Shown here in pieces: positions 24,808-35,629 of a stretch of 64,000 nucleotides of DNA. Location of the stretch: NCBI GenBank assembly GCA_964036045.1, contig OZ038378.1, forward strand, positions 125,860,001 to 125,924,000, in the 5' to 3' direction. The notes below the pieces were generated by a model that was not told where the DNA came from, searched no databases, and worked only from the letters and a program-made list of their open reading frames with translations. The position numbers and the translations under genes were made by a program. Position 1 is the first letter of the stretch. The number at the start of each line of letters is the position of its first letter. The stretch comes from Eutreptiella sp. 'Long Island Sound 2002' (taxonomy: Eukaryota > Protista > Euglenida).

Positions 24808-25763
24808 AGTTGCAGTACAGACCGCTGTTTTTTCCGTGGTGGCTCAGGTACTGCCGGCGGTTTGGCGAGGAGGCGGAACTCAATGGCCCAAAGGAAACCA
24901 GACTCATGGACTTGGGAGTGGTAGTTGAGGTCAAAAAAGTGACCCTTAGGGGGTGTGACAAACAGGGTGTATGTCCCACACTCTACCTCATCCCAACACT
25001 TGCCTGCACTTTGATCATGGTCCGGCATGTGCAACACCGTAATCCGCGCGCGTGAAACCGCCACAAAACGGGGCTGAGGGTCTTGCGCAAAGACGTTGTT
25101 AATAATCGCGCACAAGGACTCATGGGGTTTGTGGATGAAAGGCAGTGGCGGAAACAGTGGGACTTTTTTTTGCAACGCTGGCTTTTTCACCGCAAAATCG
25201 GATTCCTCCAACCAGCCCTTTAGCATGTTAGGTGTCCAATTAAGGGTTTCCAATGCAGGACTCGCACTCTCTTTCAGGAACAGCCACGCGTCGTACCCCT
25301 CAATATCCTCTGGGGATGGGTCCAAACGGTCAGCGGGCGGTGTACGCAGGCGCTCGGGGAAGGGGATAATTTCCAGATGCCGATATGCAGTGCCAAGCGA
25401 AGTTTCCTGCTTGGAGGGGGCCAAATCGGAGAACGCCATACGCGCGGTTTTGAGTTCCAGTTTACATCTTTTGGCCAGCACAGAATGAAACACCGTATTT
25501 TTGGATTTCGGTTGATTGTCCGCAGGGAAAACGCGTTGCATCCAGACCCGGAACTGATTGGGTTGCACGTACGCGCGCTCCTTGTGTTCCACACAATAGG
25601 TGGCTAGGATGGTTTGTAATTGCGTCTGCACGTGCATTTTTCCTAGTTTTTCCGGTTGTACCACATCGGCATCCACCTCGGAAATTGCCAACGGTTCAGC
25701 TGGAACAGTGGCTGGCACAAGAGAAGACGAGTCAGACATTATGCAAGTCGGCATGCTACACAA
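24750..25763 (-). CDS. Uninterrupted 337-aa ORF, hypothetical protein (first ATG probably 25739)
   Basis: One of the longest ORFs in the window and not low-complexity. Its composition is globular-protein-like and it has no stops, unlike neighbouring relics. Confidence 0.55.
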   Translation of the reverse strand: MCSMPTCIMSDSSSLVPATVPAEPLAISEVDADVVQPEKLGKMHVQTQLQTILATYCVEHKERAYVQPNQFRVWMQRVFPADNQPKSKNTVFHSVLAKRCKLELKTARMAFSDLAPSKQETSLGTAYRHLEIIPFPERLRTPPADRLDPSPEDIEGYDAWLFLKESASPALETLNWTPNMLKGWLEESDFAVKKPALQKKVPLFPPLPFIHKPHESLCAIINNVFAQDPQPRFVAVSRARITVLHMPDHDQSAGKCWDEVECGTYTLFVTPPKGHFFDLNYHSQVHESGFLWAIEFRLLAKPPAVPEPPRKKQRSVLQLWQAAWQPPQPSGDAQGTK

Positions 25764-27464
25764 GAGGAAGGGCGCACATGCTGCGAGGATGGGGTAACCT
25801 TTAGCTACTCGGTGCTGCAGCAGGCGCCAGCACCACCCGTGTCAGTGGCCTGGGGCGCTTCGTGCGACTATGGGAGGGCCCGTTTGCTTGTGGTCCGCAA
25901 GGGGATTGATACTCGCCAGGTTCACAAGGCCCGGGTCCCATATACTCGAACCTGAAGGTTTGTGATTTGTTGCTTGCGCTACCATCGGGGCCCGCATCAG
26001 ACATGGTGCAACTGCAAACGACAAACCTACGGGCGCCGGACGTACGTGCGTTGCACTGCTCCGCGGTCTCCTTGCTGCGGGGTTGACGGGGGGGGGGGGG
26101 GGATCCCCGGCGCGGGTATGGGCGCCGCCGATTGGAAAAATCGGGGAGCGGGGAGCGTGGCTGGGGGCGTGGGTGGGCGCAGCTCCCCCCTCTACATCTA
26201 CGTGAGGGTGAGGCTCCCTTCACACGTGCGCTTGGGAGAACACGGCACGTCGAGTGGGGGGTGGGGGTGGAGGGGGAGGGGGAGGGGGGGCTGTCGTAGG
26301 CCGCATAGGAAGCAGGGAGACCCGTCGGTGCTGAACCATATCCGGCAACGTTGGCTGACCATGGGGAGGTGCAAGGTGGCATGTGGCAGGCTGCACAGGC
26401 AGCAAAGACGTCCGGGGCTTTGGGGCTTTGGGTCGCCCGAGCCATGAGCCTCGCGCGCTCCAGCAAGGGGTTGAGAAAGTGCGAACGGCTAAGGCGCTGG
26501 CCGCGCTGCCACATCTGCACCTGGCCCTGACGGCGCAGGGCAAACACGTAGCGTGACCATCCCATGTCGAACCGACTGTCCAGCTCCGGCAGGGGTAGCC
26601 GCAGCAGCTCTTCAGTCCGGGGGGTAAGGGGGTCAGTACGCGAGGCTAGGGGCGGGGTGGGGACATGTGCAGGGGCGAATTTCGGGGGGGGGGGGGGGCT
26701 GGGTAGTTGGGAAGGTGGTATTGGAGGGCAAACCGCATGGGGCACAAGGGGTATGGGTGACGGAGTGCGGTGTGATGGGGGTGATGGGGGGCTTGGCAGG
26801 GATGTCAGAGGCTGAGGCTGAGTTGGGGTGCTGGGGGTGATGGTGGCGACAAGCAATAGAGCAATTGTTGCTGAAACATCCATTCCATGGCTGTGAGGAC
26901 AAGACAACGTTGGGGCATAGCAGGCACAAATCCAAAACCAATGCAATAGCAAAACATCCAGTTCCTCACCCTTCTTATTTCCCCACACCCAACGCTATAG
27001 ACCTTGAAAAATCAGTCAAGTATTTGATTCAACACAAAGACCCAAATCACCTCCAACACACAGCACAAACAAATTTGCGTCATGGGCATGCACAGGTACC
27101 ATCCACAACAATCCTTGTTTGACTCTACCAGGGGGTGGCCCCTGCTGGTCCATGATCCCCCATCTCTCCAGTGCCGTACAAATAGGCACCTTCATCGGAC
27201 GCGGCCAGCACTTAAGGGGCTCTCCAGTCAAAAAAAAATCTCTGAAGAACACCAATGGTGATGCACAGTGCACATTGGGCAAGGCATGTGGAGGGAGGAG
27301 GGATGTTAAGGGTTATGACGCAAAAGATCTATCAAACAAAGGAATGATGGTGGGTTGGGCAGATTGGGAAATGCATCTGGTGGGGTGTTCAATGGGTTGG
27401 GTCTGGCCTGACTTTTCTGAAAACGCCTACCGATTGGGTAAGGCATGTTGGCAAAAATCCCTGA

Positions 27465-27645
27465 GGAGGATCCCGAGCGGCCCCCGGATAAATCCCAAGC
27501 AATGTCCCGAGCGCCCACCAGAAAAATCCCAAGCGATTTCCCAAGCGGCCACCCGATGAATCCCAGGCGATATCCCGAGCGGCCACCCGATAAATCCCAG
27601 GCGATATCCCGAGCGCCCACCGCATCCATCCTGAGCGTTTTTCCG
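27465..27645 (+). repeat. 34-bp subterminal tandem repeat (~5 units), same family as 16360-16490
   Basis: Units of the form ccggataaatcccaagc.at.tcccgagcg.cc. Confidence 0.85.
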
Positions 27646-28530
27646 AGCAGCCACAGAATTTGTGCCAAGCGGTTTTTTTCGGGTCAGGATTTATCCTAGG
27701 CATTTTGGCAGCGATGGTTCCGAATCCCGACGCGTATACCCGGGTGTTTTCGCTAAATCTTGTGGGAAATGGGTAGGAATTTGGACATAAGAAGCAAAGC
27801 GATTGGCCACATGTGTTGTCTCACGCTAGTGCAGGCATCTTGTGTTGTGGGCTCCGGATTTACCTCATGGTGGGGATGGTATAGGTGGCATGTGTGTAGT
27901 TTGTGGTGCCGGAAGCGACTCGGCTGACGACTCCGTATGGTGGGGTTGCAGTCACCCATCAACACGTCATACCAACAAGAGCTTGTGTACACGTCTTGCC
28001 AGTGTGTCCCTTATTGTCAGTGCAACCCGTAGCAAGTGAGTTTCCACAACGACTTCTCGTTGGGTAGGCGTATGGTCAGAGCTAGCATTGTGCCCTGTGT
28101 GTGCCAAAAAAAGTGGGAGTCATTGCGTGGGTTCCGTTGCATAAAGGGGTCCAATCATTCATCTAACCACATTCCATCTATCCTAGTTGCGAATTCATTG
28201 ATTGATTCACGGAAACGCCGCCACCGTACTTGGCACTTGAGGCAAGGCATTGAGAGGAGCCCAAAACCCAAGAAATGAATGGGCTACCCCAACTTGAGGC
28301 AAGTATGGTTTTTTGCTCTAAGCAAACAGTATAGGCCTCTGCATCCAAAGCTGTGCGCGCCGGATCTTGCAGCTAAACACGATCCCAACCCACCTCTACC
28401 TCTTGGTTGGAGTAGGAGGCTACAACATTTTCCCCACACAGATGAGCCATCAACGCCCTCGCCCGCAAAGAAACAAGTGGTGGCACCAGGGCTTGCTATG
28501 GGAAAATACCGGGCTACACATCCGGTGTGG

Positions 28531-28560
28531 CACGTGTCGCAAACTGCTTTGCTTCATATG
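28531..28560 (+). repeat. Additional copy of the CAC-type transposon end
   Basis: CACGTGTCGCAAACTGCTTTGCTTCATATG, followed by aaatccctaccgatttc, which resembles the interior of the 27815 end. Confidence 0.7.
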
Positions 28561-28869
28561 GCAAAATCCCTACCGATTTCTCATGCTATTTTATCAAAGT
28601 GCCCGGCGATCCGAAAGCGGCATTGGAATCACTGCCGCCGAAACGCCCAAGAAAAAGACCGTCCGTTGTGGATCTATTGGGTCCCCACTAGGGACCATCC
28701 TTGGGGAAGTTCGGCACCGACGCTTGCTGAATTGGGGACATGTAGAGCAAGAAATGAATGGGCAAGGATTTTTGCGAAATGTTACAACAACACCACCAAT
28801 GAGCTCACTCAAAAAACATCAAACACCACCCACCATGTGCCCTAATCCTTGTGTGGTGCCCACTATGCC

Positions 28870-30280
28870 GTAGCCACCATAGTTCTCTTTGTTCATAGGT
28901 CTTTTGTTGAACGGAGAGCCCCTTAACTGCCGGCCGCGTCCCGTGTAACTGTCTATGTGTACCGCACTAAATTGATGGGGGACCACAAACATTTTTGGTA
29001 CCGATGCCCAATTACATGCAACTTGTGTTCCCCTTTCCACCAAAACCGGCTAGACGTCATCGTGCAATGTGGAAATTTCGTGCGGGTATTGGCGTTGGAC
29101 GTACTTAGTCTTCTGTTGACTGCATGCCAGTTGACTTTTGTCCGTGCCTCTATGCATATCTTGGACTGCAGTGCGGACGTCCATTCGCACTTCTGTACCC
29201 GTGGAGAACATGTGGGGCGGGCAAGGTGCAGCTCTAGCCATGCCTATCTATGCTTGTCTCGGTGAGCTTTTGACATGGAGAAACGCTTTGAGATGACAAT
29301 GTTGCCTCAAAGCCTCCTCAGAGTTTCATCGTCTCCAAGTCAACGCGGCCCCTCCCATCTTTCTCGATCCCCTACGCCGCCCATGTCCACAGCTATCCAC
29401 CCTTCGGCAGGCGTTAATTAGGGGACCTACGAGAACTGTTACATCTTTAGGACAACGCCTCTTGCCTGTGGGATTCGGACGCAGAGAGATCCTCGAGTGG
29501 GATGGCCTCCACAGCTCCTCCAAGGCTAACCGCATTGCCATCACCATCATCCCTCGAACCTGTATGAAACATAAGGTCGTTCAAAAGAGAAAGATTCAGT
29601 TTTGAAACTTTCTTCTTTGAAATTTCAAATTCAAACAAAGTTTTGAACACAATTCTTGTTTTGGAAGGTTTGTTTTCTGTGCTAATCTTACCACATACCG
29701 CGTGTTGTGCACACTCAACGGCATACTCGAGGGGACTCCATTTGCTATACAGGAGATTTGTTTGACCCTTTCGTATTTTTGCCCGTTGCATACCATTGTT
29801 TGCACAGACCTTCACTTTGGTGTTTTCCGTTTGGGACCACCAACATGAACGCCACCACGACATCAGTCTACGGGCTAGCTGTGATTGCGGAGCTCTCAAC
29901 GACATTGATGCGCTTCAGCGGGGTGGCCAACGTAATCCATGCTCGTGTGGGTCACCTGTTGGCCCACTCGTCGGTGACCTCCCCACAGCGCAAGGCCTAG
30001 TGGGAGCAAGCCATCGTGGAAGGGGGACACAAAGTGGTACGTGCCGCACGGGACGCGGCCATACGGGACTATGCGGAGTCGTTGATCACTCCGCTTGGCG
30101 CCGTAGAAGTTGCTGTGGCCTTGAAAGACCCAAGTCCGGCTTCCGTGCCTTGTCGGGGTTCTTCACCCTGCAGGGTCTACAAAACTCCTTAACAACCGCA
30201 CGGCCATTTCCACGGGCCATTTGTCTACGGCAGGGCTTCGACGCGGGGTGGCGGGCTCGTTGTACCTCGCTCTAGCTGCC
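28870..30280 (-). pseudogene. Degenerate intron-containing accessory ORF (ORF-B), copy 1
   Basis: Homologous to 31700-33400. Contains a GT..AG intron-like AT-rich segment at 29560-29698 (gtatgtgg...tttcatacag). Confidence 0.5.
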
Positions 30281-30350
30281 CCCCCCGGTCACCGCTCGTA
30301 GCCCGCCTTCGTCGGGCGGCTAGCGGCCAATCGCCTCCTCGGTCAATTAC

Positions 30351-31690
30351 GTGCAATCACGCAACGCTCTGCACGATTGCATTGATTGGGCGCACCACTT
30401 CATGTTCATTGTGCGGGGCGATATGTTGCCTTGCAAAGGGGGAAGCTGGAGGCACCTGGGCATCGTGTTGGCCAACCCTAGTACCCGCGCCCGCCACCCG
30501 TCTTACTACTGGGTCATCGGGATGGGGGTGTGCGGTGACAAGGACATGGCCCAATTGGGTCCATACGGCGTGACAACTTGCAGGTATGGCCGCCACGAGG
30601 ACGTAGCTATTTCGTTTGATTGTTTAGGTGTTCCAAATTTAATGTTCATAGCTGAAAAAACGGTCAAATACCAACAAAATTGCCGAGATCCTTTTTTTTG
30701 AAGGTAAAAAGATATTTTTGAACATTCAAAATTCTTATTTCTTTTCAGATTTTGAAGCACATCTACGACCCCCGGCACCGTGCTTGGTCCAATGTAGAGT
30801 GCGCTGCCACCAGTCGTGGCGCCGGAGACAACCGGTGGATCCCCGCTGCGTGGCTGTCTCGAGGGTCCCCCAAAGTGGGTTCAATCTACAACGAGGCAAT
30901 GCGGGATTCCACCAGCCAGCGGTGGCAAGGCAGCCAACAATGCTGCACCTTGCAGCGCGATGTGGACCACCACTGGCAATACGTGCTGCATGGCCATAGC
31001 TTGCAACATGCCGGTTGCGTTGCCAAGCCCCTCGTGCGCATGAAACGGGAGCACATTTTGATGTGCGTTCTACACTTCATCATGGCATTGGGTCAGCTGG
31101 TGGTGCAGCTCTTGGAAGCCCTATGCAAAAACCTGGATAACGTATTGCGGGCTGTTGTGCAATTTGTCTTGGGTGGGGAACGCACCAGGGTTCGCCTGGG
31201 CTCTGCTACCTCCCGAGATGGGGTGGAGGTGTACCGCCTGCCGCAGTCTTAGGAGCAGGTACAGGATGCGGCCTGCCTGTACGCCCGTCACCCGGGTGGT
31301 CGCGTTGTACTGGAGATGCGCGAGCTGGTACGGCGGCTCTACCGCCCTTAAGAACATGGGCCGCAACCGCATTGTTATGGGCTAGCTAGCTGCTTCCGGG
31401 AACATGTGGCCCCGAAATCGGGGTCGCACTACCTCTGATTGTTGGAGGAGGACTGCGATGATGTCTTGGCGGCCCTGCAACCCCGAGGCATGGCCATAAG
31501 ACATCGTCGAGTCACTGAATACGATTCTGATGGTGGGATACAACGACCACTCGGACTGTGAGGGTGGCTTCGCTAAGCACACCACACTCCGGGAGGCCCG
31601 CGCGGTGGCCCAAGTGTGGGAGTGGTGGTTCTTGCAGTTTGATCTCCCACTCCACATCCGGGGAGTGGCATGTAGGACATCATGCATGGT
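30351..31690 (+). pseudogene. Degenerate DDE transposase, Transib/RAG1-like spacing (lineage A, copy A1), with a GT-AG intron at 30584-30748
   Basis: FMFIVRGD (D1), WVIGMGVCGDKDM, GAGDNRWI (D2), AKPLVRMKREHILMCVLHFIMALG (compare RAG1 AKPF..IDALH), DIVESLNTILMVGYNDH (E; compare RAG1 GNESGN), QVWEWWFLQFDLPL. Confidence 0.65.
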
Positions 31691-31699
31691 GAGTACTCT

Positions 31700-33400
31700 G
31701 ATGGAACTTTCACCCTTGCCATTTCACTCTTGTGCGTGCCTTTGTGCATATCTTGGATTGCAGTGCGGACGTGACTTTACACATGCGTGTTTGTGTGGAG
31801 CATGTTGGGCGGGCGAGGTACAACTCTAGCCATGCCTATCTATACTTGTCTCCATCACCTCTTGACATGGAGAAACAATTTGAGAAGACAATGTTGCCTC
31901 AAAGCCCTCTCAAGGTGTCATCGTCTCCAAGCTAGCGCGGCCCCTCACATCTTTCTCGATCCCCTAAGCCGCCCATGTCCACACCTATCCACTCTTCGGC
32001 AGGCGTTAGTTAGGGGACCTACTAGAACTGTTACAGCTTGGGGACAACGCCCCTTGCCTATGGGATTCGGACGCGGAGAGATCCTCGAGTAGGATGGCCT
32101 CCCCAATAGCTCCAAGGCTAACCCCATTGCCATCACCACCACCCCTGGAACCTGTATGAAACATAAGGTCGTTCAAAAGAGAAAGATTCAATTTTGAAAG
32201 TTTCTTTTTTCAAATTTCAAATTCAAAAATTTTTTTGAACGGATTAAACAGATATTGTTTTGGAACGTTTGTTTTCTGTGCTAACCTTACCACATGCCGC
32301 GTGTTGTGCACACTCAACGACATACTCGAGGGGGCTCCATTTGCTATACAGGAGGTTTGTTTGATGACCCTTTCGTATTTTTGCCCGTTGCATAGCAGTC
32401 TTTGCACAGACCTTCACTTTGGTGTTTTCCGTTTGGGACCACCAACATGAGCGCCACCACGACATCACTCTATGGGCCAGCTGTAATTGCGGAGCTCTCA
32501 ACGACATTGGTTCGCTTGAGCGGGGTGGCCAACGCAATCCTGCTTGTGTGGGTCACCTGCTGGCCCACTGGTTGGTGCCCTCCCCGCAGTGCAAGGCCCA
32601 GTGAGAGCAAGCCACCGTGGAAGGGGGACACAAAGTGGTACGTGCCGCAGAGGACACGGCCATACTGGATTATGCGGAGTCGTTGATCGCTCCGCTTGGC
32701 GCCGTAGAAATTGTTGTGGCCTTGAAGGACCTAAGTCCTGCTTCCGTGCCCTGTCGGACTTCTTCACGTCAGGGTCTAGAATACGGCTTGAAGACCGAAT
32801 AGTCGTCTCCGCTACCCATTTGTGTGCGGTGGGCCTTCATCACGGAGTGGCGGGCTTGTTGTACCTCCCTCTAGCTGGCGCCTCTGGTCACCGCTCGTAG
32901 CACACCTTCGTCAGGCCGCGACAAGCATCTGACATCTTCTTGGATGCACTGCGCACACAACATGCCACATCAAACATCAGACCTCAAACTTTATACACAA
33001 TCCTCGCACCCACCACAAAACTTTAATATGCGCTGTTCGTGCACATTCATGTTTGTGTAAACCACATTGTTGATTACGTACCGGCCATATACATCAGACG
33101 TGGTTGGTGAAACAAGGTGTATGCCCCTTGATGCTTCATTTGGTACAATGGACCTCCCTGGCTGCACTTTGCCTGTGCACCCGTCCGAATGAAACCTAAA
33201 CGTGCAACGTCCATCCCAACAAGACAGACGCAAAGTGGATGCGTGATGCAATGTGAAGAAACACCGTCTGTATAGTGCCCAATTTGCCCACAACATAGGC
33301 CATTTGGGTCTATTTTTCCGATTTCCTGCAAAAGTATTCTCGGTACCATTAATTGCTAAAAAATGATTTCTGATGATGGCAGTGCTCCCGGGGGTGCACA
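31700..33400 (-). pseudogene. Accessory ORF-B, copy 2, convergent with transposase A1
   Basis: 31700-32900 aligns by eye with 29100-30300 (offset ~2.6 kb). Same intron position (32152-32297, GC donor variant). Extends further 5' to ~33400. Confidence 0.55.
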
Positions 33401-34349
33401 TGATAATGGGCAATAGGCAGAAGCTGCCCCCATCAGAGGCTGATGGAAAAAATCCGGCCCAACCCGTCCGTTGCCGGATTTGGTGGGGCGTCTTTCTGAC
33501 AACGGTGTTCTACTGCTGGCAATAACACCCCCCCCCCCCCTCCCCCGCCCCGAGGATACTAAGTGCTACTTGTGACGATAATGGGGTTGTGCTGTGGGTG
33601 TGGGGCGAACCTTTGTGGTACTCCCGTTCTTGATGAGTTTTGTATTGTGATTCACATTCACACTTGCGTTCTATTGTTGGCTGTAAAAGAGAGTGTGTGT
33701 GTCCATACCATGTGTGTCACCCTGTTTACATCATCCCCGCACAAACACTGTCAACCAAGATCCACATCTGCCTGGCTCATTTGTGACAATATGCACTTGG
33801 TGTGCTGATCACTTCAACTATTGGCAGTAGTATTGTTCTTCTTGTTTGCTTCAACATATGGGGTGCGCTTATGAGTATTGAACCACTCTGGCTATATAGC
33901 ATTCTTCCACACCGTTGCGAATACATTGTATGTTTATGTGGGTTTCGGTTTTGATACATTCATTTTTCGACCTTGTCAGAAGCTCCATAGGTTGTATTGA
34001 ACAGACGGTAGGTCATAGCTTTCGCTTGCGCAGAATCTACTGCTGACCGTTAAAAAAACTTTGCAGTATGTTTACACAATAGTATAAACCTTGCAGCGTT
34101 ATATTTTTGGTGTCATAGACGTTTTTTTCCTGCGTGTCTTCCACTATGTCGGAATACATCAACGTGCTAGGTTGTGTGCCTCTGCCTTGAAACCATTCCT
34201 CTTTAGCCTACCAATTCGTTCCACACTCCTTTTTTCCACCATCTTTAGACTGGTAAAATGAGCACACGGGGGTGTGTGGTTTTAGAAGGGATGCCGTGAA
34301 GCATACAATCCAATTTCGGGTCTGTGCATATTCGCAAGATTTGGTTACA

Positions 34350-35170
34350 AAAAACGGGGGTGTTCATGGTGCCCCCAAACCATCCTTTAGTAAGGTACCC
34401 GGAAAAGGGTAACTTTGCACGCCCAAGATGATGCAGTGCACGATGCACATCAAAATGTGCTCCCGTGCCATGTGCAGGAGGGGCTTGGCAACGCAACCCG
34501 CATGTTGCAAGCTATGGCCATGCAGCAGGTATTGCTGGTGGTGGTCCGCATCATGTTGCAGTGCGGCATTGTTGGCTACCTTGCCACCGCTAGGTGATGG
34601 CATCCGGTATTGCCTCGTTGTAGATTGAACCCACTTTGGGGGGCAATTCCGACAGCCACTGAACGGCGGATCCACGGGCTGTCTCTGGCGCAGCGAATGG
34701 TGGCAGCACGTTCCACATGGGCCCAGGTAAAGCAGCCGGTGTCGTAGATGTGCGGAAAAATCTGAAAACAAATACGAACTTTGAATGTTCAAAAATCTTC
34801 TTTTACGTTCTAGAAAAAAAGGAATTTGGGCAGTTCTGCCGGTATTTGACGGTTTTTTGAGCTTTGAGCATTCAAATTGGAACAACTAGACAACAAAACG
34901 AAATAGCTACGTGTTGGTGGCAGCCATACTTGCAGGTTGCCAATGCATATGGACCCAGTTGGGCCATATCCTTGTCACCGCACACCGCCATCCCGATACC
35001 GCAGCAGTTCGCCCGGTGGCGGGCGCATGTCGATGGTTAGCCAACACGATGTCCACGTGGCTCCAGCTTCCCCCTGTGCAAGGGAACACATCGCCCCAGA
35101 CAATGAACATGAAGGGGCACGACCAGTCAATGCAATCGTGCAAAGCGTTGCACGATTGTGACGGAGGGAT
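34350..35170 (-). pseudogene. Transposase lineage A, copy A2 (inverted, 5' half), intron at 34762-34929
   Basis: Reverse-complement homologue of 30340-31090: FMFIVWGD, CGDKDM, HAGCVAKPLLHMAREHILMCIVH. Confidence 0.7.
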
Positions 35171-35629
35171 TTGGGAAAACCGCGCCTAAATCCAATTTGC
35201 CCCCTCCCCTTATTGAAAGAACAAAACCGAAGGGGAAAACGGGAGGCCTTAACACAACTGGAAAAACATAGACCATTACGGAAGCACCTTGGAAAACCTG
35301 AAACATAGTAGTAACAAAAACGAATACAGAAAGACATGTGCAAAATTGCAAACTAAAAGAGCAAAATGGGGAAAATGCGGGAGCAGGAAAAATGGGAAAA
35401 TTGAATATCGGCCAAAAAGGAATGCCAACACCTTGGAAAACAACGCAGCAAAAAAGAAGGTGCAACAGCAAAAAACAAAGAACAGGCACATGCGGATATG
35501 TGGGCACCATCATTTTACTCATGGATGAGTCCATCCATGTCATTCATAGGTTGTAATCAGCACCGTTGGGAGCTGGTTGGCGGTGCTGCAAAACGGGTAA
35601 CACGGTCTGAAAGTGGCTGAAAGGGATCC

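Larger units (their letters stand above)
16236..27815. mobile_element. Candidate ~11.6-kb TIR-bounded composite DNA transposon (CAC... ends)
   Basis: Perfect 25-bp inverted repeat ATCGCTTTGCTTCTTATGTCCAAAT (16249-16273 vs 27779-27803), extending imperfectly to CACATGT termini. An inner AAAATGCCTAGGA is also inverted (~16293 vs ~27695). Contains a DDE transposase remnant. No TSD visible. Confidence 0.6.

Noticed and set aside
25801-26988. 395-aa Pro-rich ORF
   Set aside because: Largely low-complexity G/C tracts; at most the central ~70 aa might be coding, and there is no support.
16225-27825. Target-site duplication for the large TIR element
   Set aside because: Flanks (..gctacgt and ttgtctc..) do not match at 2-8 bp, and no other pairing of the four ends gives a TSD.
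28870-33400. RAG2-like identity for ORF-B
   Set aside because: No kelch-repeat or PHD signature seen; only the convergent orientation is analogous.
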